A stretch of DNA of 64,000 nucleotides from a phage. A program made the position numbers and the translations under genes. The stretch is from the sequence record PZ027503.1. One strand, given 5' to 3'. Within the stretch, counting starts at the first letter, position 1. Every line of letters starts with the position of its first letter. This document shows positions 47,212 through 55,967 of the stretch, piece by piece. The notes beneath the pieces were generated by a model, which did no database searches, was not told where the DNA came from, and saw only the letters and a program-made list of their open reading frames with translations.

Positions 47212-47403
47212 TTATTTTGTAAAGATTACAGCTTCATCAAAATTTTCAACATAGTAAGCAAGCTCCTCATTTGCTGCAACCATTCCTAAAAGTTGGCTAT
47301 AAGATAAACCTTTGATCCCTTCCTCGTTGTTTAATGCTTCGATGATTTCATCAACGGGCGCAAAAAACATGTTATTCGATTCCAGGTAGGAGATGGTTTT
47401 CAT
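47212..47403 (-). CDS. hypothetical protein
   Basis: ORF in track. Confidence 0.45.
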   Translation of the reverse strand: MKTISYLESNNMFFAPVDEIIEALNNEEGIKGLSYSQLLGMVAANEELAYYVENFDEAVIFTK

Positions 47404-47424
47404 AATGTTTACCTTTTTCGGGGA

Positions 47425-47480
47425 GCGGCACCATTGCCGCCCTACGTGGTAAATATTAGCACACTGGCGATCTGTGTCAA
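47425..47480 (-). promoter_or_regulatory. promoter plus 5' stem-loop cassette
   Basis: TTGACA (plus tgtcaa 47475-47480), -10-like AT-rich hexamer, then GCGGCAATGGTGCCGC hairpin. Confidence 0.5.
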
Positions 47481-47486
47481 TACTTT

Positions 47487-47873
47487 TTATTCAATATAAA
47501 TCAAATTATCTTCACCAATGTAAGCCGACACGTTCGGCATAAACTTAGCTGCATTGGTTAGGCGGTTCGCCGTGTTAGTGGTGTATATTTCAGGGCGATC
47601 CCAAAAGCCTACGCCGTGACTGTTACGGGTAAAATGTAAATCATTCCCGATCTGGTTGGCTGTTGCGCCGTCGCTCATTGCCTCAGAGATAGCGGCAAGA
47701 TTAGCATTAATAAAGGCTGTTACATCCTGGGCGATCCGTTGATCCGCACTAGGAGAAAAATCATAATCGTCTAAGTTATCAATAAAATTACCTTCATAAT
47801 CCCTTGCTGATTCAGCAAAAATAAAGGCTTCTTTATAGCCGTTGATGATTTCAATAATGATTTCTGTTTTCAT
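47487..47873 (-). CDS. hypothetical protein
   Basis: ORF in track; ATGA overlap. Confidence 0.5.
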   Translation of the reverse strand: MKTEIIIEIINGYKEAFIFAESARDYEGNFIDNLDDYDFSPSADQRIAQDVTAFINANLAAISEAMSDGATANQIGNDLHFTRNSHGVGFWDRPEIYTTNTANRLTNAAKFMPNVSAYIGEDNLIYIE

Positions 47874-48085
47874 GCTGTACGCTCGACAATAATAATAGTT
47901 TGCGGGATCTCGTTTTCTACTACTAACAAGGCTTTTTTCTGTGTGATAGATATTTTAACACGTTGTAAAGTAGCGGTAAAATCTTTCATTTCATTATGCG
48001 CGGATTTAGTACAATGCCAGATCTCAGGTTTACCAACTTGCAAGCCGCGTAAAAATTCCGTTTTACCTGTCTTATTCGTGATCAT
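47870..48085 (-). CDS. hypothetical protein
   Basis: Track ORF trimmed to ATG 48085 after AAGGTGA. Confidence 0.45.
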   Translation of the reverse strand: MITNKTGKTEFLRGLQVGKPEIWHCTKSAHNEMKDFTATLQRVKISITQKKALLVVENEIPQTIIIVERTA

Positions 48086-48095
48086 TTGTTTCACC

Positions 48096-48200
48096 TTAAC
48101 CGATACCGTGGGAAGATAGGATCATATTAGCCATAGTTGCAACTACTCCAACCGATAACGCCAGGCCAACCACTGCAACCGTGAAAATTTTCTCTAACAT
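48096..48200 (-). CDS. small hydrophobic peptide (34 aa)
   Basis: Below track cutoff; GAGGG RBS; directly downstream of a cassette. Confidence 0.35.
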   Translation of the reverse strand: MLEKIFTVAVVGLALSVGVVATMANMILSSHGIG

Positions 48201-48218
48201 GATTCTACCCTCATTAAT

Positions 48219-48280
48219 GGGCGTTGCACCATTGCCCCGCCCTACGTAATACACTTTACCAGATAACAAACCATTGTCAA
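48219..48280 (-). promoter_or_regulatory. promoter plus 5' stem-loop cassette
   Basis: TTGACA at 48275-48280 (minus), nested hairpin GGGCG..GCA-ccat-TGC..CGCCC. Confidence 0.45.
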
Positions 48281-48338
48281 GGTTTATTTACTACATCTTT
48301 TAAGCTGTATTTTTAAAATACAGCTTTCAGGCTGTCAA

Positions 48339-48509
48339 TTACTCTTCATCGTCGCCGTTATAGTATTCAATGCCGTTTTCATCGGTTACGGTGATGTTAA
48401 CGCCACCGATAGCAACACGATCACGGGCAAACGTCATAGCTTCGTTTAAATCTTCAGACCAAAAAATATTGTGACCTTTGCGCGATACATAAAACATAGT
48501 TGGGATCAT
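48339..48509 (-). CDS. hypothetical protein
   Basis: Track ORF trimmed to ATG 48509; the longer N-terminus would translate the leader hairpin. Confidence 0.4.
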   Translation of the reverse strand: MIPTMFYVSRKGHNIFWSEDLNEAMTFARDRVAIGGVNITVTDENGIEYYNGDDEE

Positions 48510-48594
48510 GATTTGTTTCTCTTCTGTTGTGAGCGGTGGACCATTCCGCCGCTCTATGTAATAAACTTTACTACGTTGTTTGCCTACTGTCAAA

Positions 48595-48879
48595 TTATTT
48601 TTTAATGTTTTGCCCTACAAAATTGATCACTTCCTTAAGCTGTCTCTCTGTCATGATCGTACCTGGTAACTCTTCTTTAATTTCTTCCGGTAAATAAATA
48701 TTACCGCGCCAGGTTAACAAACAACCGTTTTGATCTTCGCAGATAGAATAAGAAAACATCCACTCGCAATCATTCTCAAGCTCCCAAAAACACAAAAAGT
48801 CTTCTTTCCCTAAGTTTTCAACGGTTAAACATAATCCGCGACGTGCTGCATAATTAGTTAGGCTTTTTGTGATTTTCAT
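48595..48879 (-). CDS. hypothetical protein
   Basis: Track ORF trimmed to ATG 48879; track start at 48912 lies inside the hairpin loop. Confidence 0.45.
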   Translation of the reverse strand: MKITKSLTNYAARRGLCLTVENLGKEDFLCFWELENDCEWMFSYSICEDQNGCLLTWRGNIYLPEEIKEELPGTIMTERQLKEVINFVGQNIKK

Positions 48880-48959
48880 GATTTTTCTCTCTTCTGTTGT
48901 GAGCGGCACCATTGCCGCCCTACAAGATACATATTATCAGACTACGCGGACTTGTCAAA

Positions 48960-49070
48960 CTATTTTTTCTTTTTCTTTGCTTCCAACCGTCTAAGGTTAC
49001 GGCTTGACTTATTGCGCAAGGCGCTTAGATCGTCGTACCCTTTCCATGCTTGCATATCTTTCGGATTCAT
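48960..49070 (-). CDS. small basic protein (36 aa)
   Basis: AAGGGGGA RBS before ATG 49070; the longer track ORF would overlap the upstream gene by 150 nt. Confidence 0.35.
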   Translation of the reverse strand: MNPKDMQAWKGYDDLSALRNKSSRNLRRLEAKKKKK

Positions 49071-49080
49071 GTTATCCCCC

Positions 49081-49359
49081 TTAACGATTATAAACATTAT
49101 GGATGGCTTCAAAGGCAAGATGACCATAAGCCGCCAAATCGGGATTGATCCAAGCGTTATCCAACATCGTTTCAAGGACTGTGGAATCATCGTATAAAGC
49201 ATCATAGAAATCTGCACGGATGATCGTTTCAATGTCGTCCGGTGTTAGTTTGTCGTTCAACTTGCACACTGTTTCAACGTCAACACCAATTTTCCAATTT
49301 TGTAAATTAGTGGTTAACATTGTTTTCATTTCTTCGGTTGTTAATTTAACGATGGTCAT
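49081..49359 (-). CDS. hypothetical protein
   Basis: ORF in track; cassette immediately upstream. Confidence 0.5.
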   Translation of the reverse strand: MTIVKLTTEEMKTMLTTNLQNWKIGVDVETVCKLNDKLTPDDIETIIRADFYDALYDDSTVLETMLDNAWINPDLAAYGHLAFEAIHNVYNR

Positions 49360-49383
49360 GATTTTTTCTCTCTTCTGTTAGGC

Positions 49384-49400
49384 GGGGCGCTTGTCGCCCC
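49384..49400 (-). promoter_or_regulatory. 5' leader stem-loop (cassette variant)
   Basis: GGGGCG-acaag-CGCCCC with TTGACA about 40 nt upstream on minus strand. Confidence 0.45.
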
Positions 49401-49439
49401 TATGTGATACATCTTATCAGGTTGATTCAGCTTGTCAAA

Positions 49440-49601
49440 CTATTTGTTAGCCGGATTATATGCCAGGACCGCGCCGCTTGCTTTCACGCTTTCCGCTTCA
49501 TAGTTGCGCAGATCGTTTTCTGTAAGATTGAGCGCGATCACTTCCTCAATCTCAACACCAGCGGCAATGGCGATCTCTTTGATAATGTCTGCTGTTTTCA
49601 T
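49440..49601 (-). CDS. hypothetical protein
   Basis: Track ORF trimmed to ATG 49601. Confidence 0.4.
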   Translation of the reverse strand: MKTADIIKEIAIAAGVEIEEVIALNLTENDLRNYEAESVKASGAVLAYNPANK

Positions 49602-49611
49602 GGTATGTACC

Positions 49612-49731
49612 TTATAAGATGATTGATAAGATAGTGACAACGAAAGCGATTATACTGATGGCAAATGTCATCTTTTTACCTTCGGATACTGCCGGATTTT
49701 CTACCGTGTATTCTACTGTGTACTTGCTCAT
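49612..49731 (-). CDS. small hydrophobic peptide (39 aa)
   Basis: Below track cutoff; GAGAGGA RBS; C-terminal hydrophobic helix. Confidence 0.3.
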   Translation of the reverse strand: MSKYTVEYTVENPAVSEGKKMTFAISIIAFVVTILSIIL

Positions 49732-49829
49732 CGTGTAATCCTCTCGTTTGCTTTGGGAACTATTCCCGCCGCCCTATGAATTAAATATACACTATCTCAA
49801 AATGATTGCAAGCCTTTTTCTAAATTATT

Positions 49830-50114
49830 TTATGCAGTAAACAAACCATCATTTACAACGGCGGCGATGATCTCCCGTGCCATTGATTCAGGGAAAGGGG
49901 CGCTATAGTCCTGGCTTGTCTCATCGGTATCGGTGATCCAATGATAAGCTAACGAGTAAAAGCCTTTACTAACTGTTTTCAGTGAGATGATGATCACTCG
50001 GTCAAGCTTATTGGTGAATGTTGCCGTTAATGTGTCACCCTCCTGCGTCATGTTGGACAAGTAAGCGGGATCATTAATCAGGGAAAACATTAGCACGGTG
50101 TTAGCTTTACTCAT
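49830..50114 (-). CDS. hypothetical protein
   Basis: Track ORF trimmed to ATG 50114 after GAGGA. Confidence 0.45.
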   Translation of the reverse strand: MSKANTVLMFSLINDPAYLSNMTQEGDTLTATFTNKLDRVIIISLKTVSKGFYSLAYHWITDTDETSQDYSAPFPESMAREIIAAVVNDGLFTA

Positions 50115-50186
50115 GATTGCATCCTCAAAGGGGGCGCGGCACCATTGCCGCCCTACACGATAACTATAACACAATATAAAACAGGA

Positions 50187-50393
50187 TCAACCTTTATTTT
50201 TCCACGGTGTCAGCTTGTTAATCATTGGTGATAAATAGCGTTTACCAACGTAAAACAGCACGCCAACTGATGCAACGGCGGCGACCTCATGCATAGCCGA
50301 CGGGAAACGGGTATCATAATAAGATCCAATAATAGCAATAGCGGCAACGGCTGCAACGTCGATAATGATTTTTTCTTGTTTTGCGGTGATCAT
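50187..50393 (-). CDS. small membrane protein (two hydrophobic segments)
   Basis: IIIDVAAVAAIAIIG and VAAVASVGVLFYVG segments. Confidence 0.45.
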   Translation of the reverse strand: MITAKQEKIIIDVAAVAAIAIIGSYYDTRFPSAMHEVAAVASVGVLFYVGKRYLSPMINKLTPWKNKG

Positions 50394-50478
50394 AATATTT
50401 ACCTTTTTGTATGGTGGGGAACTATTCCCCGCCTGATGTAATACAGTTTAACAGGTCCGGTTATGGTGTCAACCACTT

Positions 50479-50664
50479 TTAAAGATATTTTATGTTAATG
50501 ATGTTTTCAGGTTTTACCTTGTTATGATGTGCATCAACATAGATCAAACCATCGTCAGAAAAGCCCAGGATCACGCCCTGCGCAATAAAACCGTATTCGT
50601 CACGGTAACGCACGGCTATTTTTAATGTTGCGCTGTAGGCTGTTTTAAGCTCGTTTAAAGTCAT
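50479..50664 (-). CDS. hypothetical protein
   Basis: ORF in track; GAGGA RBS. Confidence 0.45.
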   Translation of the reverse strand: MTLNELKTAYSATLKIAVRYRDEYGFIAQGVILGFSDDGLIYVDAHHNKVKPENIINIKYL

Positions 50665-50685
50665 TTTTGTTTATCCTCTACATGT

Positions 50686-50711
50686 AAAAAGAAAGGGCGC
50701 TTGGTGCGCCC
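50686..50711 (-). terminator. intrinsic terminator (minus strand)
   Basis: GGGCGC-accaa-GCGCCC followed by TTTCTTTTT on minus strand. Confidence 0.55.
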
Positions 50712-50719
50712 TTGTTATG

Positions 50720-50866
50720 TTAATCCTCTAAATCCATCCAATTATATTTGTCACTCTTCCCGCGCTTTGTTTTATTGCGCTTGTCGCCTTTGCGGATCAC
50801 TTCCTCGTTCCAGGCCTTGCGGATCTTGGAAGATTGAATTTTTTCTGCGCGATTAGATGTATTCAT
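50720..50866 (-). CDS. small basic protein (48 aa)
   Basis: Below track cutoff; AAAGAGGAAA RBS. Confidence 0.35.
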   Translation of the reverse strand: MNTSNRAEKIQSSKIRKAWNEEVIRKGDKRNKTKRGKSDKYNWMDLED

Positions 50867-50945
50867 TTTGTTTCCTCTTTATATGAGCGGCACTATTGCC
50901 GCTATATTGTTAATTTAAACTGTTTTGTAAAATTGTCAAGGTTTA

Positions 50946-51299
50946 TCATTCATAAGAGCAAGCAAGGATCACGCCTGCAATATAAAGCCAATAATTTTCC
51001 CTTTCTCGTTGGATTTTATCATCGCTGCTATTCTCTTTAATGTATCCCCAGGATGTTAACAACCGATCTACTTCCCAATACTCGAAAGCTATATTAATAT
51101 TTGACGGTAAACCTTGTAACCATGATGCTATTGCTCTGATAATGTTATGATCGTAACGTTTTTGATTATCGGTGTACCAATATTCAGATTTAAAACAGCG
51201 CATCAATTCCGCGATCTTCTCTTTCTCTTCTGTGATGCCATACTCGCTATAATCAATTGAGGCCAGAATATAAAGTTTAATTGCATTTTGTGCTTTCAT
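50946..51299 (-). CDS. hypothetical protein
   Basis: ORF in track; cassette upstream. Confidence 0.5.
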   Translation of the reverse strand: MKAQNAIKLYILASIDYSEYGITEEKEKIAELMRCFKSEYWYTDNQKRYDHNIIRAIASWLQGLPSNINIAFEYWEVDRLLTSWGYIKENSSDDKIQRERENYWLYIAGVILACSYE

Positions 51300-51319
51300 G
51301 GTGTCTCTCTTCTGTTGTT

Positions 51320-51337
51320 GGCGGCACCATTGCCGCC
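51320..51337 (-). promoter_or_regulatory. 5' leader stem-loop of cassette
   Basis: GGCGGCA-atgg-TGCCGCC. Confidence 0.5.
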
Positions 51338-51376
51338 CTATGTGTTACATCTTACCGGATTTTTAAAACTTGTCAA

Positions 51377-51598
51377 TCATTTTTCTACTATCATTTGATA
51401 CCCTGTTTCCAGGTTAGTAAACACCGTGATCCCGTCCTGGCGTTCACTCATTAGCATACAAGGCGCTAACATCCTTTCTACTGCCTTGCACTCATTGTAA
51501 ACGGCGGTTATGTCTCCTGCGGCCTTGTCTTCTGTGGTGAATGTATCGTTTACGTAAACCTGACCAGCGACAACGGCGACAATAGCGAAAGTGATCAT
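51377..51598 (-). CDS. hypothetical protein
   Basis: ORF in track; N-terminus MITFA shared with next small ORF. Confidence 0.45.
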   Translation of the reverse strand: MITFAIVAVVAGQVYVNDTFTTEDKAAGDITAVYNECKAVERMLAPCMLMSERQDGITVFTNLETGYQMIVEK

Positions 51599-51665
51599 GG
51601 TGTTTCCTTGTTAGTAGTGGTTTCTCTTCTCTATAGCGCCCATTGTAAGGCGCTATAACGAAAAG

Positions 51666-51839
51666 TCAACGATTATTTTTAAGGCTTAAAGTACCTAACT
51701 TGTCAGCATGACGCAGACCAGGGAAGATCCATTTGCCTGATTCATCTTTTACAGGTGCTTTAAACGTAGCGCCCAGGTTGGCGGCGTTAATTTTACGGGC
51801 AACGTTGCGAGCGGCTTCACGGGTAGCGAAAGTGATCAT
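51666..51839 (-). CDS. small protein (57 aa)
   Basis: Below track cutoff; begins MITFA like neighbouring gene. Confidence 0.3.
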   Translation of the reverse strand: MITFATREAARNVARKINAANLGATFKAPVKDESGKWIFPGLRHADKLGTLSLKNNR

Positions 51840-51931
51840 GGTGTTTTCCTCTTCTCTTTGTTAGGCGGTGGACCATTCCGCCGCCTTGATGTAATACAGT
51901 TTACTTTATTTTTGCAGTATTGCAAGCGGTT

Positions 51932-52144
51932 TTATGAAATAATCGTCAAAGTAAAATTGTAATCACCTGATTGATACAATACTTTATCACCGAACGTTCC
52001 AACACGTTTAACATTGCAATATATACCCATAACACTTTTTACATCTTTGATATTCTTCACGCCTGTAATATCTTTATTAAAATGATCGTGATCAGAAAAT
52101 AAAACTTGACTTGCATTTTTTAACAGTGTGCGGATATTAGCCAT
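51932..52144 (-). CDS. hypothetical protein
   Basis: ORF in track; cassette upstream. Confidence 0.45.
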   Translation of the reverse strand: MANIRTLLKNASQVLFSDHDHFNKDITGVKNIKDVKSVMGIYCNVKRVGTFGDKVLYQSGDYNFTLTIIS

Positions 52145-52234
52145 CGTAATAATCTCTCTTCTGTTGTGAGCGGCACCATTGCCGCCCTACGTAATATAGT
52201 TTACTCTTTTTCTTTCCCGTGTCAACAATCTTTT

Positions 52235-52462
52235 TCAGATTAATTCATCCAGGCATAACAGGCGATCAACGTTGAGATCGGTTAGGCTGATGGTTGGCAC
52301 CTGGTAGGATTCGATGTACTCGACGCTTGCATATTCCCCAAAATTAGCAATAGCCCACTTATTCAAGATCTCACATACATCATTAATCTTTTTGTTTGTT
52401 ACGACTGCAATAACCTGGGAAGTGCCAACGGTGCCGGATACGCGAACAATATTGATAGCCAT
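52235..52462 (-). CDS. hypothetical protein
   Basis: ORF in track; N-terminus MAINI shared with 52882 gene. Confidence 0.45.
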   Translation of the reverse strand: MAINIVRVSGTVGTSQVIAVVTNKKINDVCEILNKWAIANFGEYASVEYIESYQVPTISLTDLNVDRLLCLDELI

Positions 52463-52552
52463 AATCTTTAATCTCTCTGTTTTGGCGGGAAACCACTTCC
52501 CGCCCTATGTGATACATCTTACACTAATTTTAAACGTTGTCAACTGTTTTTA

Positions 52553-52792
52553 TTACATTCCAACCATCGCGGCACGGATCGCAGTAGTGCTATATTTGAA
52601 ACCGTCTGGCGTTTTATCTTGTCCAGTTTGTTCCAGAAAAAGCATCATATCCCGCGCCGCATCATTACGATTAGCATTAGCGTTAATAAAATCTTGGGCC
52701 AACCGGTATAACGATTCATCGTTATTAATCCAAAGGCTTACATTCCAATGAGTTTTGTTTTTGTGACCGTTGTACATTTTAGATTTAGCCAT
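52553..52792 (-). CDS. hypothetical protein
   Basis: ORF in track. Confidence 0.45.
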   Translation of the reverse strand: MAKSKMYNGHKNKTHWNVSLWINNDESLYRLAQDFINANANRNDAARDMMLFLEQTGQDKTPDGFKYSTTAIRAAMVGM

Positions 52793-52881
52793 GATTTTTC
52801 TCTCTTTTTCAGTGAGGCGGGAAGTGTTCCCGCTCTCTATGTAATACAGTTTACTCTTTTTATTCGTGCTGTCAATGCTTT

Positions 52882-53247
52882 TTATAAATCTTTTTTACGT
52901 TTTACATCGCTCGCATGACTGTATACAGTGATCCCATTGTCACGGCAAAAACGGGAAAGGTAGGCATAATTTGAAAACTCTTTACCTTCCAGGTTGATAA
53001 CCTTGCTAAACTCTTCTAGGGCAACGGTATCAAAATGATCACCATAGCCATATTGAAACGGAACGTTAACCACCTCGATCAGTTTACCGCCGATCTCAAC
53101 GTCAACCATTAAAGAGAAATATGTGTTACCGTAGGACCGTTGAAACCAGCGACGGGCGCTAATGTGCACCGCTTCAATGCTGGATAATTCAATTTTAGCC
53201 GTGTTAGCCAGGGTAGCATAAGCGGAAACATTGATATTAATAGCCAT
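52882..53247 (-). CDS. hypothetical protein
   Basis: ORF in track. Confidence 0.5.
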   Translation of the reverse strand: MAININVSAYATLANTAKIELSSIEAVHISARRWFQRSYGNTYFSLMVDVEIGGKLIEVVNVPFQYGYGDHFDTVALEEFSKVINLEGKEFSNYAYLSRFCRDNGITVYSHASDVKRKKDL

Positions 53248-53344
53248 GATGATAATCTCTCTTTTTGGTTAGTGGGAAGTATTCCCGATAAAAGTTATTA
53301 TGCTTATACTATCACTCATTGTCAATAGTATAAGACTAAAACTT

Positions 53345-53524
53345 TTAACGATAATCGTTATAGGCTTTATTGACCTGGCGAATGTAACATTCGAAAGCAA
53401 GATCAATGTATTCGTATTCACGCACATAATCACCATAGGTCACTACATACATTTTTAAAGTTTCCTCATAAGCCAGGAGGATCGAATCTAAACCTATAAT
53501 CTCAGTTTTTGCAATGATAGCCAT
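53345..53524 (-). CDS. small protein (59 aa)
   Basis: Below track cutoff; begins MAII; cassette directly upstream. Confidence 0.35.
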   Translation of the reverse strand: MAIIAKTEIIGLDSILLAYEETLKMYVVTYGDYVREYEYIDLAFECYIRQVNKAYNDYR

Positions 53525-53544
53525 GATGTTAACCTTTTATTGTT

Positions 53545-53602
53545 GGCGGCACCATTGCCGCCCTACGTGATAAACTATACCAGAAGTTTAAACAGTGTCA
53601 AC
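53545..53602 (-). promoter_or_regulatory. promoter plus 5' stem-loop cassette (best-resolved copy)
   Basis: Minus strand: TTGACA (53602-53597), 17-bp spacer, TATAGT (53579-53574), 11 nt, GGCGGCA-atgg-TGCCGCC (53562-53545). Confidence 0.55.
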
Positions 53603-53607
53603 CGTTT

Positions 53608-53970
53608 TTATTCGTAAATTTTACCGCTTTCGGCCCATACCATAACGCGGCGCATACTATCCCAAGTGTTTTGATCCAGGTTTAAGCCGTGCAACTCTTC
53701 GGTACTTCCCAGACCAGGTACCGCTTTGTTGTAAGTCGCATATAAGCGCCCTTGATACTCATACGCCAGAGTAAGATCCGTTTGAATCATCTTTTTAAGC
53801 ATAGCATTAAGCATCATATTAGCGGCATGTTGATCACGTTTTAGCGGTAACATATCAATAAGGGCGCGATAAGCTGAAACATGGATATCAACCGTTTCAC
53901 GTGGTAAATTTTTCATATCATCGCGGAAAGATACCAGATTAAATATGATAGTATTGATTTGCTTGCTCAT
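53608..53970 (-). CDS. hypothetical protein
   Basis: ORF in track. Confidence 0.5.
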   Translation of the reverse strand: MSKQINTIIFNLVSFRDDMKNLPRETVDIHVSAYRALIDMLPLKRDQHAANMMLNAMLKKMIQTDLTLAYEYQGRLYATYNKAVPGLGSTEELHGLNLDQNTWDSMRRVMVWAESGKIYE

Positions 53971-54185
53971 TGTGTTACCCTTTTTTGTTTTGGCGGGGAA
54001 GTATTCCGCCGCCCTATGTGATACATCTTATCAGATTAAAAAACGTTGTCAAGAATATTTTTAGAAAATAATATCCGCTACTACAACCCAAAATGGAACG
54101 GCTAGAATGATAGCGTTAATCGTTCCAACCGTCAAGCTATTTTCTTTATTAATCATTGTAAGCCTCTTGCATAATTTCACTATGA

Positions 54186-54201
54186 GCGGCACCATTGCCG
54201 C
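54186..54201 (-). promoter_or_regulatory. 5' leader stem-loop of cassette
   Basis: GCGGCA-atgg-TGCCGC. Confidence 0.45.
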
Positions 54202-54238
54202 CCTACGTGGTAAATATTATGCCAGTGGCGGCGATATG

Positions 54239-54805
54239 TCAAAGACTATTTTCAAAGTTTTCTAGTGCGATCCTTTTTTCTTCCTCTGTCGGCTGATAAT
54301 CAGGAAAAGCATCAACACACAACAACGGCGGGATCTCTTCGTACTCTTCCTCTTCCGTTGTCTCCTCGTCTTCCTCCTGGGCTATGGCTGCAATTTTGGC
54401 TAATTTTCTTTCGGCTTGAATCAATTTACCATCAAGTACGTTTTTTGCCATGTTGTAAGCGGTCCAGGTGATGCGCTTACTTTCCAACGCTTCATCAAGC
54501 GCCGCTATCTTGCTGGGGTATTCATCCAGGACACGAAAAGCCGGATCAATTTTGTACAAAGGATTATCTTTCGCGCCGTCGCTTGCATCTTCCGCACTGG
54601 ATAAATCAGCGTTACCATTTGCCAGCCAGCCAGGGCGCACATAACGCGCTTTTACGTTGCCGTTACTACGTGCTAATCTGTTACCTATTTGCTCACCGCT
54701 ATATCCCGTGGATTCATCGATAAGATGATCGGGAATGATGCGCGGATCATCTGCTTCATGTTTTACCCAAGACTGGATCACATATTCGCGGCCCATATTA
54801 ACCAC
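54239..54805 (-). CDS. hypothetical acidic protein
   Basis: ORF in track, 188 aa with Glu-rich segment. Confidence 0.5.
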   Translation of the reverse strand: MVNMGREYVIQSWVKHEADDPRIIPDHLIDESTGYSGEQIGNRLARSNGNVKARYVRPGWLANGNADLSSAEDASDGAKDNPLYKIDPAFRVLDEYPSKIAALDEALESKRITWTAYNMAKNVLDGKLIQAERKLAKIAAIAQEEDEETTEEEEYEEIPPLLCVDAFPDYQPTEEEKRIALENFENSL

Positions 54806-55055
54806 CTTTTTTCAACAATTGGCATACTTTAAAAAGACTTGCTGAATCCTTGCAAGGGTAGAAAGATGTACGATAATCACGTACGCCAACCTTGCGGATC
54901 TCGATGTTCTCGCATGTTGTTTGATCAAAGATATTTATTTCATCACGCCCCCTTATATAAACATAGTGGGGATGTATTAACGCATATTTTGCTAATCTGT
55001 AAAAAGCGTTATCTTTGAACGCGATCACGTGACCTTTTAATTTGATGTAAAACAT
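54798..55055 (-). CDS. hypothetical protein
   Basis: ORF in track; cassette upstream. Confidence 0.45.
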   Translation of the reverse strand: MFYIKLKGHVIAFKDNAFYRLAKYALIHPHYVYIRGRDEINIFDQTTCENIEIRKVGVRDYRTSFYPCKDSASLFKVCQLLKKGG

Positions 55056-55131
55056 TCTACCACCTTACAAATAGCGGGAACTATTCCCGCTTTATGTAAC
55101 ATATTAACAAATTATTCGTTAATGTCAAGCC

Positions 55132-55404
55132 TTAAAGCAAAAACGCTACATCTTGCGCTTTTAGTGTAGTATCAACCATTTTCGGGCTTTTATAATCAAC
55201 AAAGCGCGCGGTTTTTTCAATAGCGAAACCGAGATAATCTTGCTTGTTGAAATTACACTCTTTCTTAAATGTTTCCCGTGCAATGGCAATCGCTGCGTCC
55301 AGGGATAAACGCCCGTCAATATTGATATTAGCGAAAGATCCGCCACCGCTCATAGGTTTACCAGTTGTGCCAGCTACGATCATTGTTGCGCTATATGATG
55401 CCAT
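55132..55404 (-). CDS. hypothetical protein
   Basis: ORF in track; cassette upstream. Confidence 0.45.
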   Translation of the reverse strand: MASYSATMIVAGTTGKPMSGGGSFANINIDGRLSLDAAIAIARETFKKECNFNKQDYLGFAIEKTARFVDYKSPKMVDTTLKAQDVAFLL

Positions 55405-55494
55405 GATGATAATCTCTCTTCTGTTACGAGCGGGAAACCACTTCCCGCCCTATGTGATACATCTTATCAGGTTGTTGTTTGTTGTCAATACTTT

Positions 55495-55692
55495 TTATTC
55501 TATCCCTGCAATTTGATTAACGCGCTTGCATTTTGTAGCGTGCTGGTCTTCTGTAATGACTCCCATTTCTAACAGGGAATCAATGAAAGATAAAACCGTT
55601 TCATGATCATCCTGGGGATGACTGAACTCAGTAAAACCGTTTACCACGACGCTGATTTGTCCTGCTTTCGCCACAATGTGCAATGTTGCCAT
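55495..55692 (-). CDS. hypothetical protein
   Basis: ORF in track; last gene of the cassette array. Confidence 0.45.
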   Translation of the reverse strand: MATLHIVAKAGQISVVVNGFTEFSHPQDDHETVLSFIDSLLEMGVITEDQHATKCKRVNQIAGIE

Positions 55693-55891
55693 GATTTTAA
55701 CTCCAGGTGATGAATGATGTTTTTTGTTGGTGGACGGTGGATTATGGAGATCCTCACCTTTGCCCGTCCTGCATTGCGCCCCTCCTGTTGTTTATTGTCG
55801 TTGTGCCGCGCCCCCCTCGACAAGATGAATACTACGCCACCAGGTGAGGAACGTCAACCACTTTTTCAATCTTTTTTATTTTCTTTTTTGC

Positions 55892-55920
55892 TTGCTGTAT
55901 ATGAAGGAAACGGCTATCAT
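55892..55920 (+). promoter_or_regulatory. possible sigma70-like promoter
   Basis: TTGCTG, 17-bp spacer, TATCAT upstream of lone plus-strand gene. Confidence 0.3.
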
Positions 55921-55967
55921 CTTTCTACCGCGCCAACCAGGGCGCACAACAAAGAAAGGGCGATACC

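Noticed and set aside
48912-48912. Hairpin-loop AUG as the genuine start codon of downstream genes
   Set aside because: The AUG lies inside a stable stem-loop with no RBS, while an RBS-preceded AUG follows within 30 nt; kept as a finding only as an annotation pitfall.
47152-55448. Reading the GGCGGCACCATTGCCGCC hairpins as intrinsic terminators
   Set aside because: On the sense (minus) strand they are followed by a purine-rich leader and RBS, not a U-run, and sit between promoter hexamers and start codons. True terminators here use a different hairpin (GGGCGC..GCGCCC plus T-run, for example 50686-50711 and 44853-44889).
45300-55700. CRISPR array suggested by the recurring GGCGGCACCATTGCCGCC-type elements
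   Set aside because: Repeats are spaced irregularly by 150-500 bp that contain protein-coding genes with RBSs, the repeats are degenerate, and each is coupled to promoter hexamers; this is a regulatory cassette, not a CRISPR array.
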